Shown piece after piece: positions 30,624 to 41,872 of a DNA stretch of 64,000 nucleotides. The translations under genes and the position numbers were made by a program. Under the pieces are notes generated by a model, which saw only the letters and a program-made list of their open reading frames with translations, ran no database searches and was not told the origin of the DNA. This DNA is from Polyangiaceae bacterium (GTDB lineage Bacteria; Myxococcota_A; Polyangia; Polyangiales; Polyangiaceae), in contig JBNKBE010000006.1 in assembly GCA_050287085.1 (NCBI GenBank), positions 207,189 through 271,188 on the forward strand, read 5' to 3'. The stretch's first letter is position 1. Each line of letters opens with the position of its first letter.

Positions 30624-30842
30624 AACGAGGGCTCGCGGACCAAGCCGGAAACGCGACACAGCGTGGCCCCGGTGTGCGGTCCGGAGGGCTGGCTGGTGCT
30701 GCGAGTTGGCTCATAGCGCAGGCCAGCGCCTCCGAACAAGAGGCCCCCGCCCCATAAGTCGTTCGCCCTTCCCCTGGCTCTCCGATTCAGGCAGATTCGG
30801 CCCCCCGACGGGCAAGCGCCCGCTCACCAGCCGAGTTCAGCA

Positions 30843-32150
30843 ATGAGTGAAACCATCGTTCCGCGCACGCTCAAGGGCTTTCGCGACCTAGAGCCTGGGC
30901 AAGTACTTCAGCGTAATCGCATCGTTCGTACCGCCCAAGAACACCTTGAAGCCTTCGGCTTCCAGCCGATCGCCACCCCGGTGTTGGAGTACGCGGAGAT
31001 CCTGCTGGGCAAAGGGGGCGGCGAGACGGACAAGCAGGTGTACCGCTTCGAAGACGGCGGCGCCCGGGACGTCGCCATGCGCTACGACCTGACCGTGCCC
31101 CTCGCACGCTATTGCGCATCGCGCGCCGGACGCCTTTCCCTGCCTTTTCGTGGCTACCAAATCGGACTGGTCTGGCGCGGCGAGAAGTCACAGCGCGGAC
31201 GCTATCGCGAGTTCATGCAATGTGACTTTGATATCTTGGGCACCACCTCTAGCTACGCTGACGCCGAGGTGCTGACCATGGCAGCAACCCTCGTTGGGGC
31301 GTTCTTCAACTCAGGCTTCGAAGTGCGCGCCAGCGACCGACGACTGCTGAAGGCATTTCTGGAGGAATGCGGGGTTGCCGACAGCCAGGTCGGCATCCTG
31401 CGCTCGCTCGATAAACTGGCAAAACAGGGACGTGAACGCACCCACGAGGAGCTCGTTGGCGAGCTCAAGCTCGACGCTGATATCGCCGAACGACTCCTCG
31501 CTTTCGCCGGGATCAGCGGTCCGATAGCCGCGGTTCGCAGCGCCCTGTCTCCGCTGAGCAAGAGCCCGGCGGTCCAGGCGCAGATCGATCGCCTCGAGGA
31601 GACCCTCGCCATCGCCGGTGCCGCAGGGATTGCTCCGGAGCAGCTGAAGGTCGACCTGTCCATCACGCGTGGTCTGGACTACTACACGGGGGTCGTGTTC
31701 GAGACTTTCGCTTTGGGTCAAGAAAGCGTCGGCAGCATCTGCTCCGGAGGACGCTACGACAACCTCACCGGCCTCTATTCGAAACACGCCATGCCCGGAG
31801 TCGGTGGCTCTGTGGGTATCGACCGCCTGCTCAGCCTGGTCGAGCCGGACCCGCCCCCCGCGCCGACCGTTGTGGTCGTTCATTTCGACGCGCCCGTCCA
31901 GGCCGCCGCACTCACGGCCTCGCTGCGCCGCGCGGGGATCTCCGCGGAAGGACATCTCGAGGGCGGGAAGCTGAAGGCTCAAATGAAATACGCAGATCGC
32001 CAGAATGCCAGACTGGTGGCCGTCGTAGGCGGAGACGAGTCTGCGGAGGGGTGTTTTCAACTGAAGCGCCTCGACAACGGTGAGACCCAGAAGGTACCGG
32101 TGGCGGAAGCCGTCAGCGCCTGCCAGGCCCTGCTGGCAACGCCGAACTAA
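30843..32150 (+). CDS. hisS: Histidine-tRNA ligase
   Basis: LKGFRD, RYDLTVPLAR, GRYREFMQCDFD, RGLDYYTG, GGRYD, anticodon-binding domain. Confidence 0.96.
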   Translation: MSETIVPRTLKGFRDLEPGQVLQRNRIVRTAQEHLEAFGFQPIATPVLEYAEILLGKGGGETDKQVYRFEDGGARDVAMRYDLTVPLARYCASRAGRLSLPFRGYQIGLVWRGEKSQRGRYREFMQCDFDILGTTSSYADAEVLTMAATLVGAFFNSGFEVRASDRRLLKAFLEECGVADSQVGILRSLDKLAKQGRERTHEELVGELKLDADIAERLLAFAGISGPIAAVRSALSPLSKSPAVQAQIDRLEETLAIAGAAGIAPEQLKVDLSITRGLDYYTGVVFETFALGQESVGSICSGGRYDNLTGLYSKHAMPGVGGSVGIDRLLSLVEPDPPPAPTVVVVHFDAPVQAAALTASLRRAGISAEGHLEGGKLKAQMKYADRQNARLVAVVGGDESAEGCFQLKRLDNGETQKVPVAEAVSACQALLATPN

Positions 32151-32181
32151 GCCTCGCGCCGGGCAGGCTGCCTAGCCGCGT

Positions 32182-32229
32182 CGCGCTGCGTGCTAGCCGC
32201 GCTGCGTGCTAGCCGCGCTGCGTGCTAGC
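32182..32229. repeat. 16-bp tandem repeat CGCGCTGCGTGCTAGC x3 spanning the stop codon of the convergent gene
   Basis: Copies at 32182, 32198, 32214. Confidence 0.9.
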
Positions 32230-33333
32230 CGGCACGAGCGCTTCCCAATGCTCGAGGGCCGGGAGGCGACGACGAACTTGGCCTTGCACCGCCGCCAGGC
32301 GAGGGTCGTCTACGCCGCTGACCCGCCCCAGATCGGCCGCCGCGAAGGCGGCCAACAACCGGCCCCGTTCCAAAAATGCAAGCGACAGGAACGGCCAGAT
32401 GAGCTCGGGCGCCGCGCGCAAGTTGGCCGCGCGACGCAAAGGTGCGATCGCTTCACCGGGACGTTTTGCTTCGAGCAAGAAGCGACCGAGATCGGCGTAC
32501 GCAGCCGCCGCGCGAGGTGAGTCCACCGCGTATTGGATGGCCAGGCGCATCACTTCCTCCGCCTGTTCAGCGTCATCTGCGGCGGCAAGAGCACGCCCCA
32601 AGAGCCCCAGCGCTTCCGCCAAGAGACTGCGAGTCTCGCTGTCGAGTGCCCGGCCGTCGGGGGTCCGAAGCAAGATGGAAAGGGGCGCAGCCCACCCCCC
32701 GAGCAACTTGATTACGTCGGCATGGTGGCCCTGCTCCGCGGCGCTCCTAGCTCGTCCAATGTCGGCGAGATCGACGCGCCCAGGCTCGTCCGGCACGTTG
32801 GTCTGGACGCGCTCGAGCTCCTCAAGAACGTGAGAACGCAGGAGCTCCTGGAAGGTGTCGAGCTCCAGTTCTACCTCGCGGCCGTCGCGCGAAACGACGA
32901 GCTCAGAGCGGCCGGGACGACAGCGAAGCGTCACGAGGGCGTAGCCGAAGAGCGGCGCAAGCAGGAGATAACGAACCCCCACGTGCATCTGAATGGCTTC
33001 GGTATCCGTGTCGCGCTCCGGCGCGGGTGCCAGCTCCTCCTTGGTAACTAGAGCAGCGACGAGCCGCTGACGGAAGCGCTCCAATGTGAGCCGTTGCGAG
33101 CGGAGCGGCTCCCCGCCGCTGCCACCGACCTCGTATTCAACGACCGAGCTCCGCGGGTTACGCCTGTCGACGTTGAGCGTCTTGATACGCGCTCCCGTTA
33201 TCAGAGAAAACGCAAAGAACGTCTCGCCCAGGATCTCACACAACGTCCCAAACGAGCCGACACTCTCACCCAGCCGTTCAAACCATCCATCGGTGCGGAT
33301 GGCCTCGAGGGAGAAGACTCTGCTTTCGCTCAT
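32209..33333 (-). CDS. Hypothetical protein with C-terminal TPR-like repeats
   Basis: Long ORF with natural composition; AYADLGRFLLEAKRPGEAIAPLRRA is TPR-like. Confidence 0.75.
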   Translation of the reverse strand: MSESRVFSLEAIRTDGWFERLGESVGSFGTLCEILGETFFAFSLITGARIKTLNVDRRNPRSSVVEYEVGGSGGEPLRSQRLTLERFRQRLVAALVTKEELAPAPERDTDTEAIQMHVGVRYLLLAPLFGYALVTLRCRPGRSELVVSRDGREVELELDTFQELLRSHVLEELERVQTNVPDEPGRVDLADIGRARSAAEQGHHADVIKLLGGWAAPLSILLRTPDGRALDSETRSLLAEALGLLGRALAAADDAEQAEEVMRLAIQYAVDSPRAAAAYADLGRFLLEAKRPGEAIAPLRRAANLRAAPELIWPFLSLAFLERGRLLAAFAAADLGRVSGVDDPRLAAVQGQVRRRLPALEHWEALVPASTQRG

Positions 33334-33780
33334 GATGGGCGGTTCACTCGCTGGGGACCACAATCGCCGACAAGGGCCGCGCCCGGCGCCGTCACCAACA
33401 CTCCCCCAGCGCGCAGCAACGGGATGCGCCGGGCTCTTGAGCTGGCACGGGAGCGAGGAATACGCAAAGCGATTTCATGGAGTGATGGGGGCTGCCGAAA
33501 AGGGAACAACGGAAGACTAGGCAAGGTTCCGTCCGGTCACAACTCCGAATGCGGGTTCCGCCGAGCCGCGTTTCCTGGAGAGTAGCACGGTCCCTCGCGC
33601 GGAGCACCAGACCTTCCGGTCGTGCAGCGACAGCGTTGCGCCCCAGCGCGGAGGTCGCTAGACGACCTACACGTCACGCGGGGCCTCGACCTCGAGCCCC
33701 TCGAATCTGAGAGCTCAAGAGCCTCACATCCCCGCCCAACGCTTCTTCCCCCACTCAGCTCCGACGAGAGCCCGTCAACC

Positions 33781-34839
33781 GTGCCCAACACCTCCAGCCT
33801 CGGACTTCGTTTGCTCGCTTGGTATCAGCGCCACCGACGCGACCTCCCCTGGCGCCGCGCTGATGACCCCTATGCCGTCTGGATCAGCGAAATCATGCTG
33901 CAACAGACGCAGGTAAACACTGTTATCCCATACTACCAGCGCTGGCTCAAACAGCTGCCCACGGTCGCGGCCCTCGCCACAGCGGAGGAACAGACCGTTC
34001 TCTCACTGTGGCAGGGCCTCGGCTACTACTCTCGCGCGCGCAATCTACGGGCAGCAGCGCAGCGGCTCGTGCGCGACCACAACGGCCAGCTACCGCGTGA
34101 CGTCAACGTGCTTCGGACGTTGCCGGGAGTGGGAGCGTACACCGCGGGAGCCATCGCGAGCATCGCCTACGAACAGAATGAGCCGCTCGTCGATGGCAAC
34201 GTCATCCGAGTGCTCACCCGCTTGTTTGCGCTCGCGGGGGATCCAACCCGCCGCGCGACGCAGGCGGCCATTTGGGAACACGCCCGAAAGCTGATCGTGC
34301 CCGGACGGGCCCGCGACTTCAACCAAGGGTTGATGGAACTCGGCGCGCTGGTGTGTACCAAGACGCGTCCGCTATGCGCGGACTGCCCGCTTCGCCAGGA
34401 CTGCGTCGCCTTTCGACGGGGAGAGATGGCACGGTTCCCAGAGAGCCGCCCCAGGCCGAAGGTCACGCCGCTACACCATGCAGCGCTCCTGATACGCTCC
34501 GAGGATTCAGTGCTGCTCGAACACATCGCCGATGACGCGCCGCGCTGGGCAGGGCTCTATCGCCTTCCGACGGTTGAGCATCCGGGTACGGACCCGCTCC
34601 TAGCAGCGCAGCGTCTCTTGACCCGTATCCTCGGGAGCCGCGCGCGCGTTCAGCACCTGGACACTCTGACACATAGCGTGACGCGCTACCGCGTCACGCT
34701 CCAGCTATTCACGATTCCAACGGTGTCCGCAGCGCGCCCCGCCAAGCTATCCGAGCTGCGGTGGACGTCACTCACTCAAGGCGACCGGCTTCCGATGACG
34801 GGTCCCCATCGCAAGCTTTGGCGACGTCACGTTACATGA
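33781..34839 (+). CDS. mutY: A/G-specific adenine glycosylase
   Basis: WISEIMLQQT, GLGYYSRARNL, LPGVGAYTA, VDGNV, Fe-S motif C-x6-C-x2-C-x5-C; start approximate. Confidence 0.96.
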   Translation: MPNTSSLGLRLLAWYQRHRRDLPWRRADDPYAVWISEIMLQQTQVNTVIPYYQRWLKQLPTVAALATAEEQTVLSLWQGLGYYSRARNLRAAAQRLVRDHNGQLPRDVNVLRTLPGVGAYTAGAIASIAYEQNEPLVDGNVIRVLTRLFALAGDPTRRATQAAIWEHARKLIVPGRARDFNQGLMELGALVCTKTRPLCADCPLRQDCVAFRRGEMARFPESRPRPKVTPLHHAALLIRSEDSVLLEHIADDAPRWAGLYRLPTVEHPGTDPLLAAQRLLTRILGSRARVQHLDTLTHSVTRYRVTLQLFTIPTVSAARPAKLSELRWTSLTQGDRLPMTGPHRKLWRRHVT

Positions 34840-34978
34840 CGCCTCGGAGCGCCGGTTCCCCCTCCCGCTCCGCCATTGCGGCAGGCCGCAGTGGGTGCTG
34901 GGGCTGGCTCGCGTCGCGCTCGGCGTTTTGCTCGGGTTGGGGTTGACCCCCACGCCCGTTTCCGCCCACAAGAGCGCC

Positions 34979-35581
34979 ATGAAGCGCGTCTTTGCAGTTG
35001 TGGGCGGCGCCACGTTGGCGGTGGCGGTACTGCTTGTGATGATCGGCTGGCTCCTGCCTCGTCACTGGCATGTGTCTCGCACAGTCGCGATCGCTGCCGC
35101 TCCGGCCAGCATCCACCACTACGTGGGTGACCTGAAACAGTGGCCCAATTGGGCCGACTCGACGCGACGCGGCGCTCTGTCGTACCGCTATTCAGCCAAG
35201 ACAGAAGGTGTCGGCGCGGAACGCACGTGGCAAGGCGCTGGCGGGAGCTTCGGTGCCTTGCGCCTAGTGGAAAGCGATCCAGAACACGGCGTCCGATTCG
35301 AAAGTCGAACCAACAGTGACGCGATCAACGGCCACGGCTCCGTACGTTATGCCGCACGCGTCGGCTTCGTCGAAGTCACCTGGGAAGATCACGGAGAGCT
35401 CCCCGCCATCGTCGGCGGCTTTTTGCTGGATGATATGCAGGAGCAGCTGGGCTACCACTTCGAAGAAGGTCTGGAACGACTCAAGACCCTCGCGGAGGCG
35501 AGCGCGCAAGCCGCCACCCCCACCGCGATCTCTACGGCTGCGGTCTCTACGGCTGCGGCTCCGGTAAACTCCGCACCATAG
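34979..35581 (+). CDS. SRPBCC/polyketide cyclase family protein with N-terminal TM
   Basis: WHVSRTVAIAAAP...DLKQWPNW, GVGAERTW, FEEGLERLK. Confidence 0.85.
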   Translation: MKRVFAVVGGATLAVAVLLVMIGWLLPRHWHVSRTVAIAAAPASIHHYVGDLKQWPNWADSTRRGALSYRYSAKTEGVGAERTWQGAGGSFGALRLVESDPEHGVRFESRTNSDAINGHGSVRYAARVGFVEVTWEDHGELPAIVGGFLLDDMQEQLGYHFEEGLERLKTLAEASAQAATPTAISTAAVSTAAAPVNSAP

Positions 35582-35689
35582 CCTAACACCGCGCTCGTCC
35601 CGACCCACCGCGCGCGGGCCCCGGGCGAAACGCCCGCGCGCGGGGTGACTTTGAGTCTACCACCGCCGCGCGGACCCCCGCCGCGAGCT

Positions 35690-37366
35690 TCAAGGAGTGG
35701 TCAACACCAACCCGAGGGTTGTGGTGAACTGAGTCGAAGCGTAGCTTCTAACACCCACGGGAAAGACTTCCTCGCTCGCCGCGTCGAGGCGATTGTCCAA
35801 ACGCATCAGCAAAGACGGTGCCGGCGCATACTCGGCGGTCAAGGTGCCGGAATAGAGGGTGACGTCAGGAGCCGAAACGAAGGGATCGTCGTTGGTGCGC
35901 CCATCAGGATCGCCGAAGACCTCTCCGCGCAGAGCGAGCGCGAAGCGTTCCGCCACTTGTGAACGCCCCATGAGCGAGACCCCCCACCAACTGGTGGAGC
36001 GAAAGCCGGGCGGATCCACTCTCTCCGTACCCTCACTATCGAAGTCCAACGCGCCGTTTCGCACCGAGTCGAATGCTAGATCCGCATTCAGTAGGAACGA
36101 CAGGCTGTCCGAAGGATTGAAACCCAACACGAGATCGACGAAGTGTCGCAGCGCCGAGTTCGCCGTCTGCGCGCTATAGGGCAACTCATTCGGTCCGGAC
36201 GCGCCCACCTGACAATCATTGGTCGACACGTCCACAGAGCTGCCAGGCGCACAGAAGTTGCGCGCCAAACCGAAGTCACGGGTCTCTGGACCCATCAGAT
36301 AGCCCAGGTGAGCGTCGAAGAGCGGACGCCCTTCGCTCGGCACTGAATAGGAAAACTGAAGCCCGAACGACTTGCCTAGGTTGTTGTCGACGCTGCGATT
36401 CCAGCCGTTGACCGCGAGCAACGTCATCCAGAAGTCGTCGCTGAAGTCGATGCTGGCCCTGAGCCCCGTGTGAAAATATGGCTGGCCCAGGCTGTAGAGC
36501 AACCCGCGGGTGTAGTTGAAATTGAGCTGGCTCTCAGGCGCCTCTGCGCCGTAGATGGTGTTGAACTTACCGAAGTCAACGGTGAGCTTGCTCTTCTTGC
36601 CATAGGGCTTCCACGTCACGTAGGCCTGCTGCAGGAATTGCAGCCCCACTTCCGCGTCGGCTCCGGCCAAAGCCGTGGCCGAAGGACCGACGCGCAGGTC
36701 GATCTCCCCCCCAATGACATCGCCCTCGTAGTTGAGATTGAGCCCAGCCCACGACACCGAGAAACCATTGGCGGTATCGAAGGCACGGAAGCGATTGCGA
36801 TGGCTCTGCGGCTGAGTCAGCGCGTAGTTGACGCTGCCATAGACGTCGGCAAACGCCGCAAGCTCGATCGCATCATACCAGCGCTCCTCGGGCTCGGACA
36901 CCTGAGGCTCCTCGACCGACGGGGGTTCGAGCTTGATCGGATCTAGGGCCACAGTAGTGCTCGCCGGCGACGCGCTCACCGGCGGCGCCGCGCTCGCCTG
37001 CGCTGCGCGCGTGGGATCCGGTTCCGGCGGCAGCGGCGGCACCTCCGGAGCTGGTGGGGGCGCCGGGATCGGCTCGGCCCCCGTGGCCTGTGCTGGCGGA
37101 ACCGGAGGGGTCGTCACCGAGACGCCCACAGACGTCGCGGGGGCCGGGGGCGCGTTCTGCGCAGCCGTCGCCACGGGCGCTGGAGAGGCCGCTGGCGCGG
37201 CAGGCGGCGGGGGCGCGGGGGCCGGCGCCGCCACGGGTGCGGCGGCCGCAGACGGCAAAGCAGCAGGAGCCACCTGCGCCAACGCCGAAGAGCTCAATAG
37301 TGCCGCAACACCCCCTGAGGCGCAGCAAGCGGCAACGGACGACAACGGGCGCGAAAACTTGGGCAT
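35690..37366 (-). CDS. Outer-membrane beta-barrel (putative porin, BBP2-like) with long Pro/Ala linker
   Basis: Signal peptide, QQAYV, DFGKFNTIYGAE, NFNYTRG, PYFHTGLR, VNGWN. Confidence 0.8.
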   Translation of the reverse strand: MPKFSRPLSSVAACCASGGVAALLSSSALAQVAPAALPSAAAAPVAAPAPAPPPPAAPAASPAPVATAAQNAPPAPATSVGVSVTTPPVPPAQATGAEPIPAPPPAPEVPPLPPEPDPTRAAQASAAPPVSASPASTTVALDPIKLEPPSVEEPQVSEPEERWYDAIELAAFADVYGSVNYALTQPQSHRNRFRAFDTANGFSVSWAGLNLNYEGDVIGGEIDLRVGPSATALAGADAEVGLQFLQQAYVTWKPYGKKSKLTVDFGKFNTIYGAEAPESQLNFNYTRGLLYSLGQPYFHTGLRASIDFSDDFWMTLLAVNGWNRSVDNNLGKSFGLQFSYSVPSEGRPLFDAHLGYLMGPETRDFGLARNFCAPGSSVDVSTNDCQVGASGPNELPYSAQTANSALRHFVDLVLGFNPSDSLSFLLNADLAFDSVRNGALDFDSEGTERVDPPGFRSTSWWGVSLMGRSQVAERFALALRGEVFGDPDGRTNDDPFVSAPDVTLYSGTLTAEYAPAPSLLMRLDNRLDAASEEVFPVGVRSYASTQFTTTLGLVLTTP

Positions 37367-37565
37367 GCTGCAGGCAACTCCTTGTGGTGAAAACGCGCGC
37401 AGCATAGCCCCAGGGCCCTGACCCCCCGCAACTATTTGAACTCGTGAGCACGAAACCAAACGCGTCTCTGGCACGCTGGCCGCGCCCCTTCGCTCGATGA
37501 GATAATTTTTCTCGGAGCGCGCTATGCCCTCTTCCGCAAGCCCACGCGGAGAGCCATAAAAGTGC

Positions 37566-38411
37566 ATGCCTGACTACTTCAAGGGCGCGCGTATCCTCGC
37601 ATTTGAGACGCGTCGCCAGCGCGAACTCGGCGTGCTGGTGCACAAGCTCGGCGGTCACTTCATCAGCGCGCCGGCCCTGCAGGAGGTTGAGCTCGAACGT
37701 CAAACGGCGGCGTTCGATTTTGCTGAGAAACTCGCGCTTGGCCAGGTTGATGGGCTGGTGTTGCTGACAGGCGTTGGAGCGCGCTGGCTGCTCCGCGCCA
37801 GCGTCGAGCGCCTGGGGGAGAGTGAGGCGCTCACCCGGCTCGCCGACGTACGAATATACTGTCGCGGGCCGAAACCCGTTGCCGTCCTGAAGGAGCACCA
37901 ATTGCGGCCCACCGTGGTCGCACCTGAGCCGAATACCTGGCGCGAGCTCCTCGCGGCGCTCACCCCGGAGCCGCTATCTGGCCTTCGACTCTACGTGCAA
38001 GAGTATGGCGTGCCCGCGCCCGAGTTGCGCGCCGCCCTGGAAGCACGTGGCGCGCAGGTATCGGTTGTGCCGGTCTACGCTTACGAGCTTCCCGACGACA
38101 CGGGTCCCCTGCAGCGGGCCATCGCTCAACTGGCTACCAGCGAGGTCGACGCGGTACTCTTCACAGCTGTTCAGCAGGTGCGGCATGTACAGCAGATCGC
38201 AGAGCAACTGGGTCTGTGGGCAGAGGTACAGCGGGCGATCAAGTCGGGGGCGACGCTCATAGCTTCGGTCGGCCCCTCTACGACAGAAGCTCTCGAGCAG
38301 GCGGGGCTGCGAGTGGATTGCTCCCCGCCCCACCCCAAGATGGGACAGCTGGTGACCCACCTGGCCCGCCACTACGAAACGCTGCGCGCCGCCCGCGACC
38401 GCGGGCTATGA
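37566..38411 (+). CDS. hemD: Uroporphyrinogen-III synthase
   Basis: LLTGVG, CRGPKP, VQEYG, VPVYAY, LFTAVQQV, SVGPSTTEAL, PPHPKMGQL. Confidence 0.85.
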   Translation: MPDYFKGARILAFETRRQRELGVLVHKLGGHFISAPALQEVELERQTAAFDFAEKLALGQVDGLVLLTGVGARWLLRASVERLGESEALTRLADVRIYCRGPKPVAVLKEHQLRPTVVAPEPNTWRELLAALTPEPLSGLRLYVQEYGVPAPELRAALEARGAQVSVVPVYAYELPDDTGPLQRAIAQLATSEVDAVLFTAVQQVRHVQQIAEQLGLWAEVQRAIKSGATLIASVGPSTTEALEQAGLRVDCSPPHPKMGQLVTHLARHYETLRAARDRGL

Positions 38412-38430
38412 GGCGGGCGGTAGCTGCGAC

Positions 38431-39612
38431 CTAGACGCCGCCCGAACGCTCGCTGAAAAATGCGCGGATTTCGTCAGCACGAGCCAGCGCGTCGCTGTAG
38501 CCCAGGGCTATCAGCCGCTGGGCATAGCGACCGTCGAAGAGCACATACGCGGCCCACTCCGCCTCCCAGGTAGCATCCGGACGGGCCGCACGGCGCAGCA
38601 AGAATCGCGGCAGCGCGCCCACCTTATAGCTGTGCAAGTGCTCTTGCAGGTGGTCGTGGGTTAGCTTTCCGAGATCGACGCTGGGTGCAAATACAAGCGC
38701 GTCCACGTGACGATACGGCGCGCCGCGCGTCTCGCGCATCACGGCCTGTACCGATTCGAGTTCCGCTGGAGGCAACGCGCGCTCGAGTGCCGCGGTTATG
38801 CGGTTGAAACGACCGAGCACCTCCAGGTCGTATTCAAAGGGATCGATGAGCAGAGCGTTGAGCAGGCGCCCCGCCATAAATGGCACACTGGGGTAACCTG
38901 CCAGATGCACCTCGTCGTGCTCGTTCTGGTACTTGAGCGAGATGACGACGAGGCGTTCTGCGCCCGCCCGAATCGCTGGCGAGATAGGCGTATTGAAACG
39001 CACGCCGCCGTCGCAATAGTAGTGGTCGTCGATCTTGCGCGAAGGAAACACAAAAGGCATGGCCGACGACGCCAACACGTGATCGATGGTGAGCGGCCCC
39101 ACCGTGTCGCGCCGCGTCGGATCGCGCGGCGTGCGCCCTGCCCGACGCTCGTTGACATGGGAGAAGATGACGGTCTGGGCGGTCGAAATATCAAAGGCCG
39201 CCACCATTGTCGCCGCCACAACACCTTGCGTTACGTTGCGCGCCAACTGATCGAAGTCCACACTGCGCCGCACGAGTACGTCGAGGGAGCGAGGGTCGAG
39301 CAGGGAGCTTGCGCCCCAAATGCCCCGTAGCGATCCCCCGCGAGACCAACGATCGCGCACGCGCAGGTGGTGATGAATATCCAGATCGCTCCAGAGCCGG
39401 GAAAGCTCCGCGATATTCATGTCGCCGTGCTGGGCATTGGCAGCCAGAAACGTCGTATTGATCGAACCGACGCTGGTGCCGGAAAAGATCTCAAAAGGGC
39501 CCCGGTCGCGTGCGCCAAGTTGAAGCACCTCGCTGAGGGCCTGAAGCACCCCCACCGCGTAGGCACCACGAGCGCCTCCACCGGAGAGCACCAAAGCCGT
39601 GTTGCGATGCAT
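38431..39612 (-). CDS. Patatin-like phospholipase
   Basis: [10 protein letters not shown], nucleophile GTSVG, DGG. Confidence 0.92.
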   Translation of the reverse strand: MHRNTALVLSGGGARGAYAVGVLQALSEVLQLGARDRGPFEIFSGTSVGSINTTFLAANAQHGDMNIAELSRLWSDLDIHHHLRVRDRWSRGGSLRGIWGASSLLDPRSLDVLVRRSVDFDQLARNVTQGVVAATMVAAFDISTAQTVIFSHVNERRAGRTPRDPTRRDTVGPLTIDHVLASSAMPFVFPSRKIDDHYYCDGGVRFNTPISPAIRAGAERLVVISLKYQNEHDEVHLAGYPSVPFMAGRLLNALLIDPFEYDLEVLGRFNRITAALERALPPAELESVQAVMRETRGAPYRHVDALVFAPSVDLGKLTHDHLQEHLHSYKVGALPRFLLRRAARPDATWEAEWAAYVLFDGRYAQRLIALGYSDALARADEIRAFFSERSGGV

Positions 39613-39724
39613 TGCTATTAGCTTATGGCGAGAAGCCGCGCGCCACCACAAACTCACAGCGAGTTTTGAGGACCCGTCGACCGGAGTTGCTCCGTTTCCA
39701 CGTTTCCGCTCGAAAGTCCGCCGA

Positions 39725-40654
39725 CTAGAATCGCCCGTGGAGCGCTAGGTTCACATTGCGAGGCCCGACCGACGCGCGCAGGGCCGTGGTGTCCTCGACC
39801 AATTGATGCTCCCCGGTCCAAAGACCGACCAGCGCGACGGAAGCCCCTGCGACCTGGACCAATCCGTCGGCGAGCAACCAAGCGACGGTCTTGCTTTCGG
39901 CGACAACCCGCTCTGCGCAATCGTTGCCGAGCCTGGCCGCTAGCAGGGGGTCGTCGAATCGTTTGCATTCAAGCTTTCGCCCGGTCATCATCAGCAACGG
40001 TCCGATCACCGGAACAAAGCGATAACCTGCGCTCGGCTCGCCACCGCCGGCCAAGATCAACGCCAGGTAGCTCGCGCCCCACATGACCGTACCCGTAGCC
40101 AGCACCCCCGTCGCCGGCTGAAAGCGCACCCGATAGCCATCTGGAACGGGATCGCCCGGAGAATAGGGCAAGCGCAGCGGCCGAAAGCCCAAAGGCAGTG
40201 GTCTGCTCGACGGGTCCCGCGAAGGGGGGAGCGAAGGGGGGAGCGATGCGGCGGGCTGTGCGTTCCGGGGTAGCGCGGCGGCTGGCGCACCAGCGGCGCT
40301 CGGCGACGGTGCGGGTGAGGCCGGCAGAGGGGCTGCGGCCCTTTCCGATGCGGCAGGCCGCGTGACCCTAACCGTCTCCGAATGAGTGGCCGAAGGCGGG
40401 GTCGAAGGCGCGCTGTCCGCCCTTGCACCCGTAACCGGAAAGGCCGCCGTTGGCTGCGCTGCCGCCGGAGCGCAAACCACAGTCAGAACCAGCGCAAGAA
40501 GCCCCGCGAGCCCAACCCAAGCACGCGCGCGCCTCGGCGTTGGCAAGCGCTCGTGAAGGCAAGCCCACGTCGAAGAGTCACTCCCTGCCCCCGTCGGGAC
40601 CTGCGCTCGGGGCGGTGCTGCTATCGGACGATCATCGCGCTGCAAGGCTTGCAT
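39725..40654 (-). CDS. Hypothetical membrane protein with Pro-rich linker
   Basis: TM segments, YSPGDPVPDGY, VPVIGP, C-terminal LHGRF; start uncertain. Confidence 0.65.
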   Translation of the reverse strand: MQALQRDDRPIAAPPRAQVPTGAGSDSSTWACLHERLPTPRRARAWVGLAGLLALVLTVVCAPAAAQPTAAFPVTGARADSAPSTPPSATHSETVRVTRPAASERAAAPLPASPAPSPSAAGAPAAALPRNAQPAASLPPSLPPSRDPSSRPLPLGFRPLRLPYSPGDPVPDGYRVRFQPATGVLATGTVMWGASYLALILAGGGEPSAGYRFVPVIGPLLMMTGRKLECKRFDDPLLAARLGNDCAERVVAESKTVAWLLADGLVQVAGASVALVGLWTGEHQLVEDTTALRASVGPRNVNLALHGRF

Positions 40655-40894
40655 GCGCTTCCCTTAGCACGACACCCAGCCAACGCGGCAGGGGACCGCA
40701 CCCGCATTGTTCGAGCGTTTCACCGCACTTGCGTAGGTCCCACAAGCCCCCTTTGGGGCAAAGCCTTGATGCAAAACTGCACTCGAAGCGAACTCCATCC
40801 CACATCTTGCCTCGCCGAGCCGCCACTACTCCTGCAGCGGATGCAAAGGCGTCTATGTCCTCCCCCGGCGCTTGAGGTGTGACTTTCGACGCGG

Positions 40895-41872
40895 ATGCCC
40901 CATAATCCAAAGTCCCCATGGTTCGGGCACGCGCTGGCGGCGAAGCTCGACGTTCCATTCGTTAGGTACTGGCAACCCGTGATCGATCCTTCCTCCCCCC
41001 CCGACACCGACTTCGGCGAAGTCACACCTGACGCCTCGGCTGATGCCTCAACTGACGCCTCAGCCAGCGCCGGCTACGACTTCGGCGACGCGCGATTTGA
41101 TCTGGACAAGAAAAGCGATCGCGAGATCTTGCGCTTCATCTTATCGCAGGCCCTCTATGGCGAAGCCACCGGGGTCTATTGTGGCAAATCACTCTTCGCC
41201 GCCCGTTCCCTCGAGGCCGCTCAGTTCTATGTTCGCCAGGCCCGTCAGGAGCTTGCGCATCTGCGCCTGTTCGCCGACATCATGAAAGAGCTGGAGCTCG
41301 AACCACTGCCGGGCCATTGGGTACTGCGGCTGATGTCGAGCCACAATAGCTACTACCCTCTGAAGGTGCTGCTGGAGCATGCCATTGGTGAGGGCATGGT
41401 TCTCGACATCTTCAAAGACCTGCTGCTGCAGACCCTGCCGGACAGCGATCCGCGCGTAGCGGGCATCAAGAAGAAGCTGCGCGTCATATGCCGAGAAGAA
41501 GCGGAACACGTTGCCTGGGGTGAACGGGAAACCCAGCGAATGCTGAGCGCTAAGCCCGCACTTGCCCCGGCGTATTATGGTCTAGTCGAGCTCCAATTGG
41601 CGCTGCTCCCCTTCATCGTCGCACGGCTCAATCGCAGCTTCAGTGCTCACCCGGTACTGCGCCAGGCCCCCGCTTTCATCGAGTTCGTCCGCAATCGCGT
41701 ACGAGAACAAGGCCGGCGGCTCGGGTATATGCCCCCGAGCGAACCTCCACGTTGGAAGAAAGCCGCCGCCATGACCTTCGGACTGACGCTGTACGCCCGA
41801 AGCCAACTGGCGCGCTCGCGTTCGCGCCTCGAGCACATCTACTTGAGCGAACTCGGATTCACTCCGCGCTAA
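40895..41872 (+). CDS. Ferritin-like di-iron protein
   Basis: E...ExxH (QELAH)...E...ExxH (EEAEH) carboxylate di-iron pattern. Confidence 0.8.
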   Translation: MPHNPKSPWFGHALAAKLDVPFVRYWQPVIDPSSPPDTDFGEVTPDASADASTDASASAGYDFGDARFDLDKKSDREILRFILSQALYGEATGVYCGKSLFAARSLEAAQFYVRQARQELAHLRLFADIMKELELEPLPGHWVLRLMSSHNSYYPLKVLLEHAIGEGMVLDIFKDLLLQTLPDSDPRVAGIKKKLRVICREEAEHVAWGERETQRMLSAKPALAPAYYGLVELQLALLPFIVARLNRSFSAHPVLRQAPAFIEFVRNRVREQGRRLGYMPPSEPPRWKKAAAMTFGLTLYARSQLARSRSRLEHIYLSELGFTPR

